Part shown: positions 18,903-28,182 of the stretch, piece after piece
Layout of the letters: each line of letters opens with the position of its first letter
Numbering within the stretch: the first letter of the stretch is position 1
Assembly (NCBI GenBank): GCA_947165045.1
Contig: CAMUYW010000003.1
Span: forward strand, 17,185 to 81,184
Length of the DNA: 64,000 nt
Source: an uncultured Fibrobacter sp.
GTDB taxonomy: Bacteria; Fibrobacterota; Fibrobacteria; Fibrobacterales; Fibrobacteraceae
Direction of reading: 5' to 3'
The notes under the pieces: model-generated
The model's input: the letters and a program-made list of their open reading frames with translations, nothing else
What the model was told of the DNA's origin: nothing
Database searches by the model: none
Program-made: the position numbers and the translations under genes

Positions 18903-20960
18903 GTGGCAAAGAGAATTCCCAAGACATCGGCTCCGGAGATGGTCAAGGAACGCTGTAATGCGGCGTTGCTTTCCCGCTTTTGCGAGGTTTATATCCCTTT
19001 GTCTCCGTCCGTTTTTACTTACGGAGTGCCCGAAGGTGCAAATATTGTGCGGGGCAGCGTTGTTTGGGTGCAACTTGCTCGACGCAAGCCGATGCTTGCT
19101 TTGGTGAGCCGAGTCCATTCAGAAAAGCCAAATTTTGACGTTCGATATGCGTGCCCGCATGAGTCGGGATATATCTTTACTGAACGTTATATGGAATCAC
19201 TGGAATGGGTTGCTAAGTATTATGTAAGCACGCCCATGCGCGCTTTGAACGTGTTTTGGCCCGCCGATTTCGAAAAGTACCTGGATGCCTTGTTTGCGCA
19301 AAAAAAAGCTGAACCTCGGGGCGAGGCTTTACCGGATAGACTAGAAATGCAGGTCAGTTCGGACTTGCCCCCCTTGACAGGCGAACAGCAGACAGCACTA
19401 GCTAGTCTTGTTGAAGATTTGGATAAGGATGGTTTTCGTGGAACGCTTTTGCATGGTGTGACCGGCAGTGGCAAAACGAGAGTTTATCAGGAACTGGTGC
19501 GCGAGGCGCTTAAACGCAATAAACGTGTTTTGATTCTTGTGCCCGAAATTGGCCTTACTCCGCAGACAGCGTCACGATTCGAGGATTTTTTGAAAGTGCC
19601 TGTGGTCGTGTTGCATTCGGCGCTTTCGGCACCACAAAAACGTGCGGGCTATTTGTCTGTACTTGACGGTTCTGCTAAAGTTGTGCTTGGCACGCGCAGT
19701 GCAATTCTCTCGCCGTTTGAATTTGATGTCGTGATTATGGACGAAGAACATGATTCTTCGTTTAAGCAACAGGATCCGGCGCCGCGTTATCATACGCGCG
19801 ACTTGGCTTTCCACTTGGCGCAAAAGTATGGTGCGCTTGTCGTGCTTGGCAGTGCGACTCCTTGCCTCGAAACTTTCCGCAATGCAAAGACTGGAAATTT
19901 AAAACTCTTGACGCTTAAGAATCGTGCAACGTCTGCGCCGCTCCCGGAAGTGACCATCATTGATATGGGGAAGGTGCGCCAGCAAAAAGGCGTGCTCATG
20001 TCGCCGGCCTTGCGCGAAGCGCTTTCGGATTGTATTGCCAATGGCGACCAAGCGATTATCCTTATGAATCGCCGTGGTTATTCTAAAATAAGAGTTTGTT
20101 CTAAATGTGGCGAAACGCTTTATTGCAGACATTGCCATATCCCGCTGGTGTATCATAAACAGTACAATGCATTGATGTGCCATTATTGTGCCGCGCTATA
20201 TCCGGTGAATATGCCGTGCCCATCGTGTGGTGCCGAGACGTATGAGTTTGTGGGTGGCGCGATTGAAAAACTTGAAGAAGAAATTCAAGAATGGGTGGCC
20301 GATGCAAAAGTGATTCGCATGGATCGCGATACAACGCAGAATGTTGGCGCTGTCGAGAAAATTTTGAACGCTTTCCGCTATCGCGAATACAACATTTTGC
20401 TTGGAACGCAAATGGTTGCAAAGGGTCATGATTTCCCTGGTGTGAAACTTGTTGGAATTGTCGGTGCCGATTCGGGCTTAGGCATTCCTGATTTCCGTTC
20501 GAGCGAGAGGCTTTATCAATTGCTGAGCCAAACAGCAGGCCGTGCAGGCCGTGCCGAAAGCGGTGGGCGCGTGTTTATCCAAACGCTCAATCCGACAGAA
20601 CCCGTGATGCAGTATGCGATTCGCCATGACTTTGAAGGCTTTGCTGATTTGGAATCTTCGAATCGTCAGATGGCTTTTTATCCGCCGTTTTGCAAATTGG
20701 TTGAAATCAGTTGCGGTTCCCGTGATGAATCGCTTTTGCGCGATACGGTGAATCGTCTCGAAAATATTTTGCGCAAAGAATCATCGCTGACTGTACTTGG
20801 ACCTGTTGACGCTTTTGTCCCGAAAGTGCAAAATGTATTCTGGGTTAAGCTTTATGTAAAAACGCAAAATCTTGCGGTGGTTCGTAAGCTGCTTTCGCCC
20901 ATTTTGAACGCCCCCAAAACATGGGTTTCCGGCGTTGAAATCAAAGTGGAATTAGAATAA
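18903..20960 (+). CDS. priA: Primosomal protein N' (replication restart helicase)
   Basis: LHGVTGSGKT, VPEIGLTPQ, DEEHD, SATP, NRRGY plus CxxC zinc fingers, GTQMVAKGHDFP, QTAGRAGR. The GTG start at 18903 is inferred from the -10 element at 18890. Confidence 0.95.
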   Translation: MAKRIPKTSAPEMVKERCNAALLSRFCEVYIPLSPSVFTYGVPEGANIVRGSVVWVQLARRKPMLALVSRVHSEKPNFDVRYACPHESGYIFTERYMESLEWVAKYYVSTPMRALNVFWPADFEKYLDALFAQKKAEPRGEALPDRLEMQVSSDLPPLTGEQQTALASLVEDLDKDGFRGTLLHGVTGSGKTRVYQELVREALKRNKRVLILVPEIGLTPQTASRFEDFLKVPVVVLHSALSAPQKRAGYLSVLDGSAKVVLGTRSAILSPFEFDVVIMDEEHDSSFKQQDPAPRYHTRDLAFHLAQKYGALVVLGSATPCLETFRNAKTGNLKLLTLKNRATSAPLPEVTIIDMGKVRQQKGVLMSPALREALSDCIANGDQAIILMNRRGYSKIRVCSKCGETLYCRHCHIPLVYHKQYNALMCHYCAALYPVNMPCPSCGAETYEFVGGAIEKLEEEIQEWVADAKVIRMDRDTTQNVGAVEKILNAFRYREYNILLGTQMVAKGHDFPGVKLVGIVGADSGLGIPDFRSSERLYQLLSQTAGRAGRAESGGRVFIQTLNPTEPVMQYAIRHDFEGFADLESSNRQMAFYPPFCKLVEISCGSRDESLLRDTVNRLENILRKESSLTVLGPVDAFVPKVQNVFWVKLYVKTQNLAVVRKLLSPILNAPKTWVSGVEIKVELE

Positions 20961-20973
20961 TACTATAAAAATT

Positions 20974-21003
20974 GCTCCGACCCCAAAGGGCGGAGCTGCT
21001 TTG
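20974..21003. terminator. Probable terminator between convergent priA and the membrane-protein gene
   Basis: GCTCCG(A)CCC-CAAA-GGGCGGAGC hairpin. Confidence 0.5.
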
Positions 21004-21026
21004 GCGTTTACGTTCTAATTGATTTT

Positions 21027-21698
21027 TTATTTGTCGGAAAATAATCCGAAAATTTGTCCTTTCACAAGCCAGCTTATACCGAAGAATGTTAGCGCAATTG
21101 CTTCGATAACGAATATCTTAGCAGGAAATTCAAAAGGTATAATCAAGAGTGGAAGCGTGCAGAACATGCCGATTCCGCAAATTTTGTAAATGAAATTTCT
21201 TAGGTGTTTCTGCTTGGTATCGCTTTCGCCAAGAGTGAAGAGGAACATGCTGTTGATGGCTAAAAGCAAAAAGAATAAGACGGCGGCAGTGCAGTGGATT
21301 TTATCTGAAATGTTTACAGGTAATTGGAAAAATCCAACTAGGTCAGGTGATGATGAACATTTGCATGGAAAAATGACAATCATCAAACCGAATATACCGG
21401 ATATGGTTGTTATAAGTTCGTCTTTCCAATCATAGCCTTTGTAGCATATTAGAACGATGGCGGCTGTTGTTAAAATGCCTGCTAAAGCGGGCGTGAAGTA
21501 ATATGTTGCTGAAATGGACAAGGTTTCCCAAAAATCTTCAGGGAAAATTTCAGGCCTTGCTTTTGATGCGATTGTTGCTCCGATTAATGCAATCCATGGG
21601 AGAATCATTCCTAGAAAACCAGCAAAATTACGGATTCTTTTTAACCAGGATTCTGCACATTTTTTTGTGAATTTGAATTCTTCTTCGCAATTACTCAT
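21027..21698 (-). CDS. Integral membrane protein (DUF998-like), about 6 TM helices
   Basis: Hydrophobic segments, 'SISATYY', 'H...A..FF', 'E..AL..FG.SWLVKG'. Confidence 0.6.
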   Translation of the reverse strand: MSNCEEEFKFTKKCAESWLKRIRNFAGFLGMILPWIALIGATIASKARPEIFPEDFWETLSISATYYFTPALAGILTTAAIVLICYKGYDWKDELITTISGIFGLMIVIFPCKCSSSPDLVGFFQLPVNISDKIHCTAAVLFFLLLAINSMFLFTLGESDTKQKHLRNFIYKICGIGMFCTLPLLIIPFEFPAKIFVIEAIALTFFGISWLVKGQIFGLFSDK

Positions 21699-21749
21699 AA
21701 AAGACCTATTGTAAAAATTTTATCTATAATATACTTTATTTTATTGTTG

Positions 21750-22664
21750 TCAAAATAAATCTAGTGAACTATCCAAGTAAATTTCTTCTCGAACTTTGAG
21801 TTGGTGCTCCGGCTTTGTCATGTAATAAAGCAAAAATTCCAAGATGATGGCGCTGCCGAGACTGCGGCCTTCAATTTTAAAATGGCGAAATCCGGCGGGT
21901 GCATAAACGTTTTGGATGTCTTCAATTCCGATGAATCCTGGATTCTTCATGGCGTCGGAAAAACGGTAACCTCTTTGTGCGTTCGGCGATGCGCAAATGT
22001 GGTCTTCGCAATTTTCGCCGAGACTTTTTTGGCTCACGTTCTCGTAGCATTTTTTGCGTTCTGGGCAACCGAAAAAGCAGCACTCGTTGCATAAGAATTC
22101 GACCTTTTGCTTTTGTGCATCTGAGAGCGCGTTCAATTTTGTGAACTGCTTATTCAATCTAAAATCTGGTACAACATAACGAAATTCATTGCGGTTCAGC
22201 TCTTCTTCGAATTGCTTGAAATCTGTGAGTACTTTTGTTGTTGAAGAAACGAAATAAAAGTTGGGGTACTTTGCCTTGATGTAATTAAGCAATAAATCGG
22301 AATGGATGATGATTCCGTTTTGAACGGCGCCATAAACTGCGTCATTTGCCCAGTTGTTCTCGAACATGGCGCATAATGCGTTGCTTTTTTTGTCGGATAG
22401 GTGTTCTTCGCGCAGCAAGGAATTGCTGAATGTCAATCGTGCAGAAATGCCGAATTCTTTCATGAGCGCGGCTACATCATGCGGATTCGCATCGCCAAAG
22501 CCGACGCGCCCGCCTCCCCATAAGCAGTCGTTGGGCGCGCCATATATCGAACCGATTTTGCACCAATCGTAAAAATATTCACGGTGCTCGCGGAATAGTG
22601 GCAAAAATGCTTTATACAGCTCGTAAAATTCAAACAGTCCGGGAAGGTGGTAGAAAATGCTCAT
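21750..22664 (-). CDS. Conserved hypothetical protein, distantly peptidase-U32/UbiU-like, Cys-rich
   Basis: 'CNECCFFGCPERKKC' cluster and 'FKIEGR' motif typical of the U32 TIM-barrel family. Confidence 0.55.
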   Translation of the reverse strand: MSIFYHLPGLFEFYELYKAFLPLFREHREYFYDWCKIGSIYGAPNDCLWGGGRVGFGDANPHDVAALMKEFGISARLTFSNSLLREEHLSDKKSNALCAMFENNWANDAVYGAVQNGIIIHSDLLLNYIKAKYPNFYFVSSTTKVLTDFKQFEEELNRNEFRYVVPDFRLNKQFTKLNALSDAQKQKVEFLCNECCFFGCPERKKCYENVSQKSLGENCEDHICASPNAQRGYRFSDAMKNPGFIGIEDIQNVYAPAGFRHFKIEGRSLGSAIILEFLLYYMTKPEHQLKVREEIYLDSSLDLF

Positions 22665-22740
22665 TGTTTAAATATACGTTTTTCTGTAAGCGCTATGGGA
22701 AAAGTGTCTTTAAATTGAAAATTTTTAAGCAATTCTAAGA

Positions 22741-22775
22741 ATGTCATAATATGACATCACTAAAACCTATATTTG
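22741..22775 (+). promoter_or_regulatory. Inverted-repeat operator over the -35 region, plus -10 element
   Basis: ATGTCAT-AAT-ATGACAT (22741-22757); TATATTTG (22768-22775); AGGAGG RBS downstream. Confidence 0.6.
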
Positions 22776-22804
22776 CATTGTAACCCTCAGAAAGGAGGCC
22801 TACA

Positions 22805-23818
22805 ATGGCAAATGAAACATTTTATGTCCATGTAAAAACGCCCCAAAAAGCGACATCTTACGCATTTTCTCGTAGTGCAACGGGTATTCTCGATTATGCT
22901 GGGGAGGCTACGCCTACAGTTGATGAATTTTCGCAGATGCAGTGCGTTGAAGGGAGTGCTTACTTTACGCCTTCATGGTACACTTATTTGCCGAGCGAAT
23001 TGCAGGCGACTATTAATGTCTACTTGCCGTGCAATGTCGAAATACTGGATGTCGGGCAGTATTCATTCTTGCTGCATGTGGGGGCGCTTTTGCTTGCTGT
23101 TCAAGAGCGTGATGGATTGCTTGTGGCTGAACTTCTGCGTCGCCGCTCGACGGTGTTTTCGAATTTCTTGCCGCTTGTTTTGCATGTCGTGAAACCGGTT
23201 GCAGCTGAGGCGCTTTTTGCCCATGTCTATGGCGGCTTCCGCGGTGACAACGGCTTTGAAACTCTTTATAAGACTAATGCTCCGGTTGCTACTGGCGAAA
23301 CTGATGTCTCGGCGATTCTCTTTGCTGCTGCACGGGATGTACTCAAGCCGCAACCGGGCAAGGAAACGCCAGAAGAAATGTTTGTCCGCTATTTTAAGGC
23401 TTGCGAAAAAGCGGACTTTACGATTGGAATTGTGGGTGCTACGAATCACCCGTGGGTGGCTGGTATCGAAAAGTTCGAATCTGTGGCGAATGCAGCCGCT
23501 GCGTTCCATTTCTTGGATGATTTTGCAACGGTTGGAGCTAAAAGTCTGGCTATCTATGGATCTCTTACGACTAAGGTGCAAGCGGAACCGTACAATCCTC
23601 ATGACCATAATGCAATCAGCGTGAGCATCGACGATTTGGATGCTGTTGTGCGTAAGGGCGTGCACTCCAAGAGCAAGGCGGGGTATTTGCGTGCAACCGC
23701 TGCTGCCATTTTGCGTAAGGCGCGCCCGAATGTGTATGCTTACGACTCTAGCTTGTTACGTTTGGGAGCTAATCCCGATTACTTTGAAAATGCAATTGTA
23801 TTGCGGATAAAGTTGTAA
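22805..23818 (+). CDS. Hypothetical protein with C-terminal HIRAN-like domain
   Basis: 'IVGATNH...AEPYNPHDHNAISV...AGYL' matches the HIRAN pattern (EPxNxxDxNAI...GYxP); strong AGGAGG RBS. Confidence 0.6.
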   Translation: MANETFYVHVKTPQKATSYAFSRSATGILDYAGEATPTVDEFSQMQCVEGSAYFTPSWYTYLPSELQATINVYLPCNVEILDVGQYSFLLHVGALLLAVQERDGLLVAELLRRRSTVFSNFLPLVLHVVKPVAAEALFAHVYGGFRGDNGFETLYKTNAPVATGETDVSAILFAAARDVLKPQPGKETPEEMFVRYFKACEKADFTIGIVGATNHPWVAGIEKFESVANAAAAFHFLDDFATVGAKSLAIYGSLTTKVQAEPYNPHDHNAISVSIDDLDAVVRKGVHSKSKAGYLRATAAAILRKARPNVYAYDSSLLRLGANPDYFENAIVLRIKL

Positions 23819-23856
23819 AATGTATTGCGCCTTTTGATATCACATACACCTCACAC

Positions 23857-23897
23857 AAAAAATTCCCGCCTCTCGTTGAACGAAGGGGCGGGAATTT
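23857..23897. terminator. Bidirectional terminator between the HIRAN-like gene and gmk
   Basis: AAATTCCCGCCTCT...GGGGCGGGAATTT hairpin with an A-run on the left. Confidence 0.7.
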
Positions 23898-23956
23898 CAA
23901 AGCTTGTAGCGAACACTTGTCTCGCGATTTTGTGCGCTTGCGACTTTTGCCGCGGT

Positions 23957-24517
23957 TTACTTCTGCTTTAGAATTGCGCGGAGTTCATCGGCTGCCTTTT
24001 GCAAATCGTCATTGATGATGGTGTATTCGTACTTGCCTTTGGTCTTCGCAAATTCGATTTCCTTCTTGGCGTTTGCAAGGCGGAGCTGGATGACGTCTTC
24101 GCTATCGGTTCCACGACCGCGGAGGCGGCGTTCGAGTTCCTCTTCGCTAGGTGGCAAAATGAAAATGCCAGTAGCATCGGGGTAGACTTTATCGAAGTTG
24201 ATCTTTCCGAAAACATCGAGGTCGAACAGTACGCGGTTTCCTTCGGCAAGCGTTTTTTCAACGAAACTCTTGGGCGTTCCGTAGTAGTTGCCGTGAACTT
24301 CGTTCCATTCAATTAGGCCATCTTCTTTGATGAGTTTTTCGAATTCTTCTTTGGTTTTGAAGAAGTAGTGAACTCCATCGATTTCACCTTCGCGCGGTTT
24401 GCGGGTCGTTGCGGAGATAGAATACTTGATGTCCGGAAAATCCTTGATGACCAAATCCTTGAGGGTGGTCTTTCCCGCGCCACTTGCAGCACTCATGACG
24501 AATAATTTGTTTTTCAT
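23957..24517 (-). CDS. gmk: Guanylate kinase
   Basis: SAASGAGKTT, SATTRKPREGEIDGVHYFF, NYYGT, RLRGRGTDS. Start set at MKNKLFV (24517). Confidence 0.95.
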   Translation of the reverse strand: MKNKLFVMSAASGAGKTTLKDLVIKDFPDIKYSISATTRKPREGEIDGVHYFFKTKEEFEKLIKEDGLIEWNEVHGNYYGTPKSFVEKTLAEGNRVLFDLDVFGKINFDKVYPDATGIFILPPSEEELERRLRGRGTDSEDVIQLRLANAKKEIEFAKTKGKYEYTIINDDLQKAADELRAILKQK

Positions 24518-24583
24518 AGACGGTTTGTGATTTTTGTGAATTGTTTTAACAAAATTTAAAAACATTTTTTGTGTTAGAAAAAG

Positions 24584-24609
24584 AGATGCCCGCTGGCGCG
24601 GGCTTGACA
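24584..24609 (-). repeat. REP-like GTCA-tagged palindrome
   Basis: Minus strand TGTCAAGCCCGC-GCCA-GCGGGCATCT. Confidence 0.55.
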
Positions 24610-24631
24610 ATCTTTAGATTTTTGCTTTAAA

Positions 24632-25549
24632 TCATTTTTTAATCTTATCCTCAATATATAACGGTCTCTGCTTGACTTCATCGTATATGCGGCCAATGTA
24701 TTCACCGAGAATGCCTATGGTCAAGAGTTGTACGCCTGCAAAGAAAACGATGGCGGTCATGAGTGATGCCCAGCCAGGGACGGTTGTTGCCGGACTCAGG
24801 ATTTTTTCGAGAATCGACCAGACGAATACGCCAAAGCCGACAATTGTTGCCAAAAGTCCCAGGTAGAAACTGAGCTTGAGCGGTGCCGAACTAAAACCGG
24901 TGATGCCGTCAAAAGCGAGGCGCAACATCTTCTTGAGCGGATACTTCGAAGTGCCGGCGGTGCGTTCGGCGCGGTCGTACTTGACACCGATCTTCTTGAA
25001 ACCGACCCAGCAAACGAGCCCGCGCAAGAAACGGCTGCGTTCGGGAAGGTTCTTGAGTTGGTTGACAACGCAACGGTCCATGAGCCTAAAGTCACCAGTG
25101 TCAGGCGGAATGTCGATGCTGGTGAGCTTGCCGATTAAACGGTAGAAGCAGAATGCCGTGAAGCGTTTGAAGAGCGTTTCGCCTTTGCGCTTGTTGCGCT
25201 GGGCGTAAACAACTTGATAGCCTTCTCGCCACTTTTCAAGCATCTCGTGAATCAAGCTTGGCGGGTCCTGCAGGTCGCCGTCGATAATCACTACTGCTTC
25301 ACCTGTGCAATGGTCAAGGCCAGCGCTAAAAGCGGCTTGGTGGCCGAAGTTGCGGCTGAAATTGATGATTTTGTTGTTCGGATTGTTGGGTAGGAGTGAT
25401 TCTACAATTTCGCGAGTGCGGTCTTTGGACCCGTCGTTAACGAAAATCAGTTCGTGCTCGATATCTTTGAGTTCTTCTTCCAAGACTCGGTAAGTCTCGG
25501 CAACAATTTCTTCTTCGTTAAAAACAGGAATAATTACAGATAAAAGCAT
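24632..25549 (-). CDS. GT2 polyprenol-phosphate glycosyltransferase (GtrB/DPM1-like)
   Basis: VIIPVFNEE, VNDGSKD, FSRNFGHQAA, DGDLQDPP, TGDFRLMDR, two C-terminal TMs, GEYIGRIYDEVKQRP. Confidence 0.92.
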   Translation of the reverse strand: MLLSVIIPVFNEEEIVAETYRVLEEELKDIEHELIFVNDGSKDRTREIVESLLPNNPNNKIINFSRNFGHQAAFSAGLDHCTGEAVVIIDGDLQDPPSLIHEMLEKWREGYQVVYAQRNKRKGETLFKRFTAFCFYRLIGKLTSIDIPPDTGDFRLMDRCVVNQLKNLPERSRFLRGLVCWVGFKKIGVKYDRAERTAGTSKYPLKKMLRLAFDGITGFSSAPLKLSFYLGLLATIVGFGVFVWSILEKILSPATTVPGWASLMTAIVFFAGVQLLTIGILGEYIGRIYDEVKQRPLYIEDKIKK

Positions 25550-25586
25550 ATTTTAATTATAGAAAAATTAACTTGTGGCGACGCCT

Positions 25587-28145
25587 CTACGGAATAAGTA
25601 CCGGATTGATGATGTCTACGTGGCTACAGTTGATGCCCTCTTTTGGGAAAGTCCGGATTGTCAGCTTTTGTACACCTGTAACATTGGCAACGACATTTTG
25701 CAGAGATCCATTCTGGAAGAACGGTGTCTTTGCAAGAGTTTTTCCGTCGCCGAGTACCTCGACGGCAACGCCTTCGCTGCAAAGCGATTCATCGTCGAGC
25801 CCTGTAGAGAACTTGAAAGTTGAAAACTTTTTATTCAGGTCAAATACAGTAGTCGATGAGGCGTGCGTGCCAATACCATTTGCGTAAAGCTGTCCGTTTA
25901 CATTGAACTTGTGGCCTTCGATAGATTCATTCTTGTGCATTTGGCCCCATTCTTGCTTGTGGCTTTCGATGGGGTAGTCAACGAGGGCTAAAGCGCCATT
26001 GCCCTTTTCAAAGTAGAATTTAGAAATGTCAGCAAGCTTGCTGTTTTTCACGTAGTCTTGAACGATGATTCGAACTTGGTTGAAACCGGGTTGAATCTTC
26101 TCTGCGTTAATTGGAAAATCGAAAGAACCGAACTGATATGGCGCGCTTTTTTCAATCTGGTTGTTAACTATAATCGTAAGGTTCCAGTTTAAGCTAGCAT
26201 TGCTTTTTTCCTTGAGGTCATAGTGGATCTTGAATGTATTCGATGCTTGTGCGGAGTCTGCAGGGACTGATTCTATTTCGCTTGTGGTTATGATTTTTTC
26301 TGGGGTGAAATTTTTGCGACCGTTGAATTTTGCAATTTGAACCCAGTAGTTGTTTGTAATCAGAATGTTTTTTACTCCGGTCAAGTCCATTTCGCGTTCG
26401 AATACATCGCAGGTCGTGGCGATACGGTGCTCCACAGCTTTCTTGTGGTAAGTGTGGCTGTCCCAGCAGTCCAAACCGCGGATGTAATAGACTTCGCCTT
26501 TATACTTGTCGATGAGATTCTTCATCTTTGTGTCGCTCATTTGGCGAGCGTTGTCGTAATGGACGGATGAAATTCCGTAACCGACAAAATGCCATGGACG
26601 TCCGTAAATAAAGAAGCGGTCGGCCTTGGGCTGTTCCTTGAGCCATCCGAGAATCTCGTATTCTTCGATGGTCAAGTGGTTTCGGTTATACATGATGTTA
26701 TCGTTAAAATTCTTCTTGTAGTGGAACGTCCAACCGGTAAAAGTCATAGCGACGATGAGCATCCCGATAATAGCGCCTTTGCCGTTCTGTACCTTGCTGT
26801 TTACTGGAGTCGTAAAGTATTGAATCATGTGGGCTATCGGGAGCGCTGCGACGAATGCCATCGAAGGGAGCATGACAAGGCTATAACGCTGGTTGATTTC
26901 GATGCTGAAATCGCCGGAAACATTCTCGAGAATCACGTAGGTTTGGATATGGTACAGCAGTAAGAATGCGAGAATCTTAAGGTAGAAGAAATTATTCTTT
27001 CGTGCATCGACTATAGCTCGGTAGACAAGGTAAATGGCGCCGATGGCAAACAAGTAGTTGAAATAGCTGAGGAACGGGTTTACCAAGTCGCCATTTTTCG
27101 AAAGCTTCATGGTCATGACTTCCCAGTTCTTGGCTAGGTCTTCAAGGAAGTGTCCGTGTGCTTCAAATTCGCCACCTTGGAAATTGAATCCCTGGAAGTA
27201 GCTGATGGTGAGAAGTGCCGGTGCGCAGAAAAGCGAGAGCGTTATAAAGAATGCTGGCGCTTTGCCGCTTTTTTTCTCGATAATGCGTGGAATCGCAAAG
27301 AGGATAAAGGCGAAAAGGCAGAAAATGGTTTCTTGACGGGTCTGCGCAAAGAATGCGAGAACGAGTGCGAGGAGCGTCCAATGTAGAGTCGTATTTCTGT
27401 CATAGGCCCATTTGAAAATGAGGAGCGAAAGGGCAGAAAGGAATACATAGAGTGGTTCGACGGACATGGAACGGAATTGGAAAAGTACCGTCGGTTGAAG
27501 TGCCATGAGGAGGGATGCGAAAAAGGCGAGGAGCGGCTGTCTGGTCCATGCGACAATGGCGAGGAACATGAGCAGGAACGAGAGCGGGAGCATCACGAAT
27601 TCAGCCGTGAATATCCAACGAAGATCGGTTCCGAACAGCGGCATGCCAAGGGTGTACAAGAATGAAAGACCCTTGGTTTTGAAACTGTTGGTCGTGGAAA
27701 CGCATTTTAGTCCGCCATCTTTGAATTCGCCTTGGTTACAGGTGCCGGATTCATGGTTGTAGTACATGTTTTGGGCAACGGACATGAATACGCTTTCATC
27801 GCTCTGGACGCGGTGGCGCGCTTCAATTTGCGTTCCCGCGAAAATGGAAATGGCTACTGTAAAGACTAGTGCCAAGATGCTTACGGATTTTTCAGGAAGG
27901 ATTCCTTTAATCCAATTCCTGAAATCCTTATTTAATATGGCGAAAATTACGATGCCCGCGGCGAATTGTACGCAAAAGAGCGGGAGGGGCACGCTTAAAT
28001 CGAGCTCTTTGATGATGTCCTTGTGGTTAAGATACTTACTGCCGGTCAAGTAAATAAGGAACGGTATTGCAAGGGCTATTACAATGCCGGCTATGTTGCC
28101 GGGGTATGCGATTTTTTTCAGAAGGTCATTTATAAAAGATTTCAT
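25587..28145 (-). CDS. Multi-TM GT-C-fold (PMT/ArnT-like) glycosyltransferase with C-terminal NPCBM/NEW2 carbohydrate-binding domain
   Basis: 'SDE' after an early TM, about 12 TMs, 'EP', 'TRQE', 'RY'; C-terminal 'QEWG...GIGTHASS...GLDD..G.....DGK..' NPCBM pattern. Confidence 0.7.
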   Translation of the reverse strand: MKSFINDLLKKIAYPGNIAGIVIALAIPFLIYLTGSKYLNHKDIIKELDLSVPLPLFCVQFAAGIVIFAILNKDFRNWIKGILPEKSVSILALVFTVAISIFAGTQIEARHRVQSDESVFMSVAQNMYYNHESGTCNQGEFKDGGLKCVSTTNSFKTKGLSFLYTLGMPLFGTDLRWIFTAEFVMLPLSFLLMFLAIVAWTRQPLLAFFASLLMALQPTVLFQFRSMSVEPLYVFLSALSLLIFKWAYDRNTTLHWTLLALVLAFFAQTRQETIFCLFAFILFAIPRIIEKKSGKAPAFFITLSLFCAPALLTISYFQGFNFQGGEFEAHGHFLEDLAKNWEVMTMKLSKNGDLVNPFLSYFNYLFAIGAIYLVYRAIVDARKNNFFYLKILAFLLLYHIQTYVILENVSGDFSIEINQRYSLVMLPSMAFVAALPIAHMIQYFTTPVNSKVQNGKGAIIGMLIVAMTFTGWTFHYKKNFNDNIMYNRNHLTIEEYEILGWLKEQPKADRFFIYGRPWHFVGYGISSVHYDNARQMSDTKMKNLIDKYKGEVYYIRGLDCWDSHTYHKKAVEHRIATTCDVFEREMDLTGVKNILITNNYWVQIAKFNGRKNFTPEKIITTSEIESVPADSAQASNTFKIHYDLKEKSNASLNWNLTIIVNNQIEKSAPYQFGSFDFPINAEKIQPGFNQVRIIVQDYVKNSKLADISKFYFEKGNGALALVDYPIESHKQEWGQMHKNESIEGHKFNVNGQLYANGIGTHASSTTVFDLNKKFSTFKFSTGLDDESLCSEGVAVEVLGDGKTLAKTPFFQNGSLQNVVANVTGVQKLTIRTFPKEGINCSHVDIINPVLIP

Positions 28146-28182
28146 TTGATAAATATAATTAAAGGCGGGATGATCCCATTAG

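Noticed and set aside
23797-23829. Short direct repeat TGTATTGCG around the stop of the HIRAN-like gene
   Set aside because: Only 9 bp, two copies 24 bp apart with nothing element-like between them; compatible with chance.
24518-24610. N-terminal extensions in the ORF track (gmk from 24610; also yciH 1231, DUF349 18816, priA 18873, VWA protein 28915, receiver 41979)
   Set aside because: They run through promoter, REP or terminator DNA or the upstream gene; downstream starts fit the RBS or -10 position and family N-termini better.
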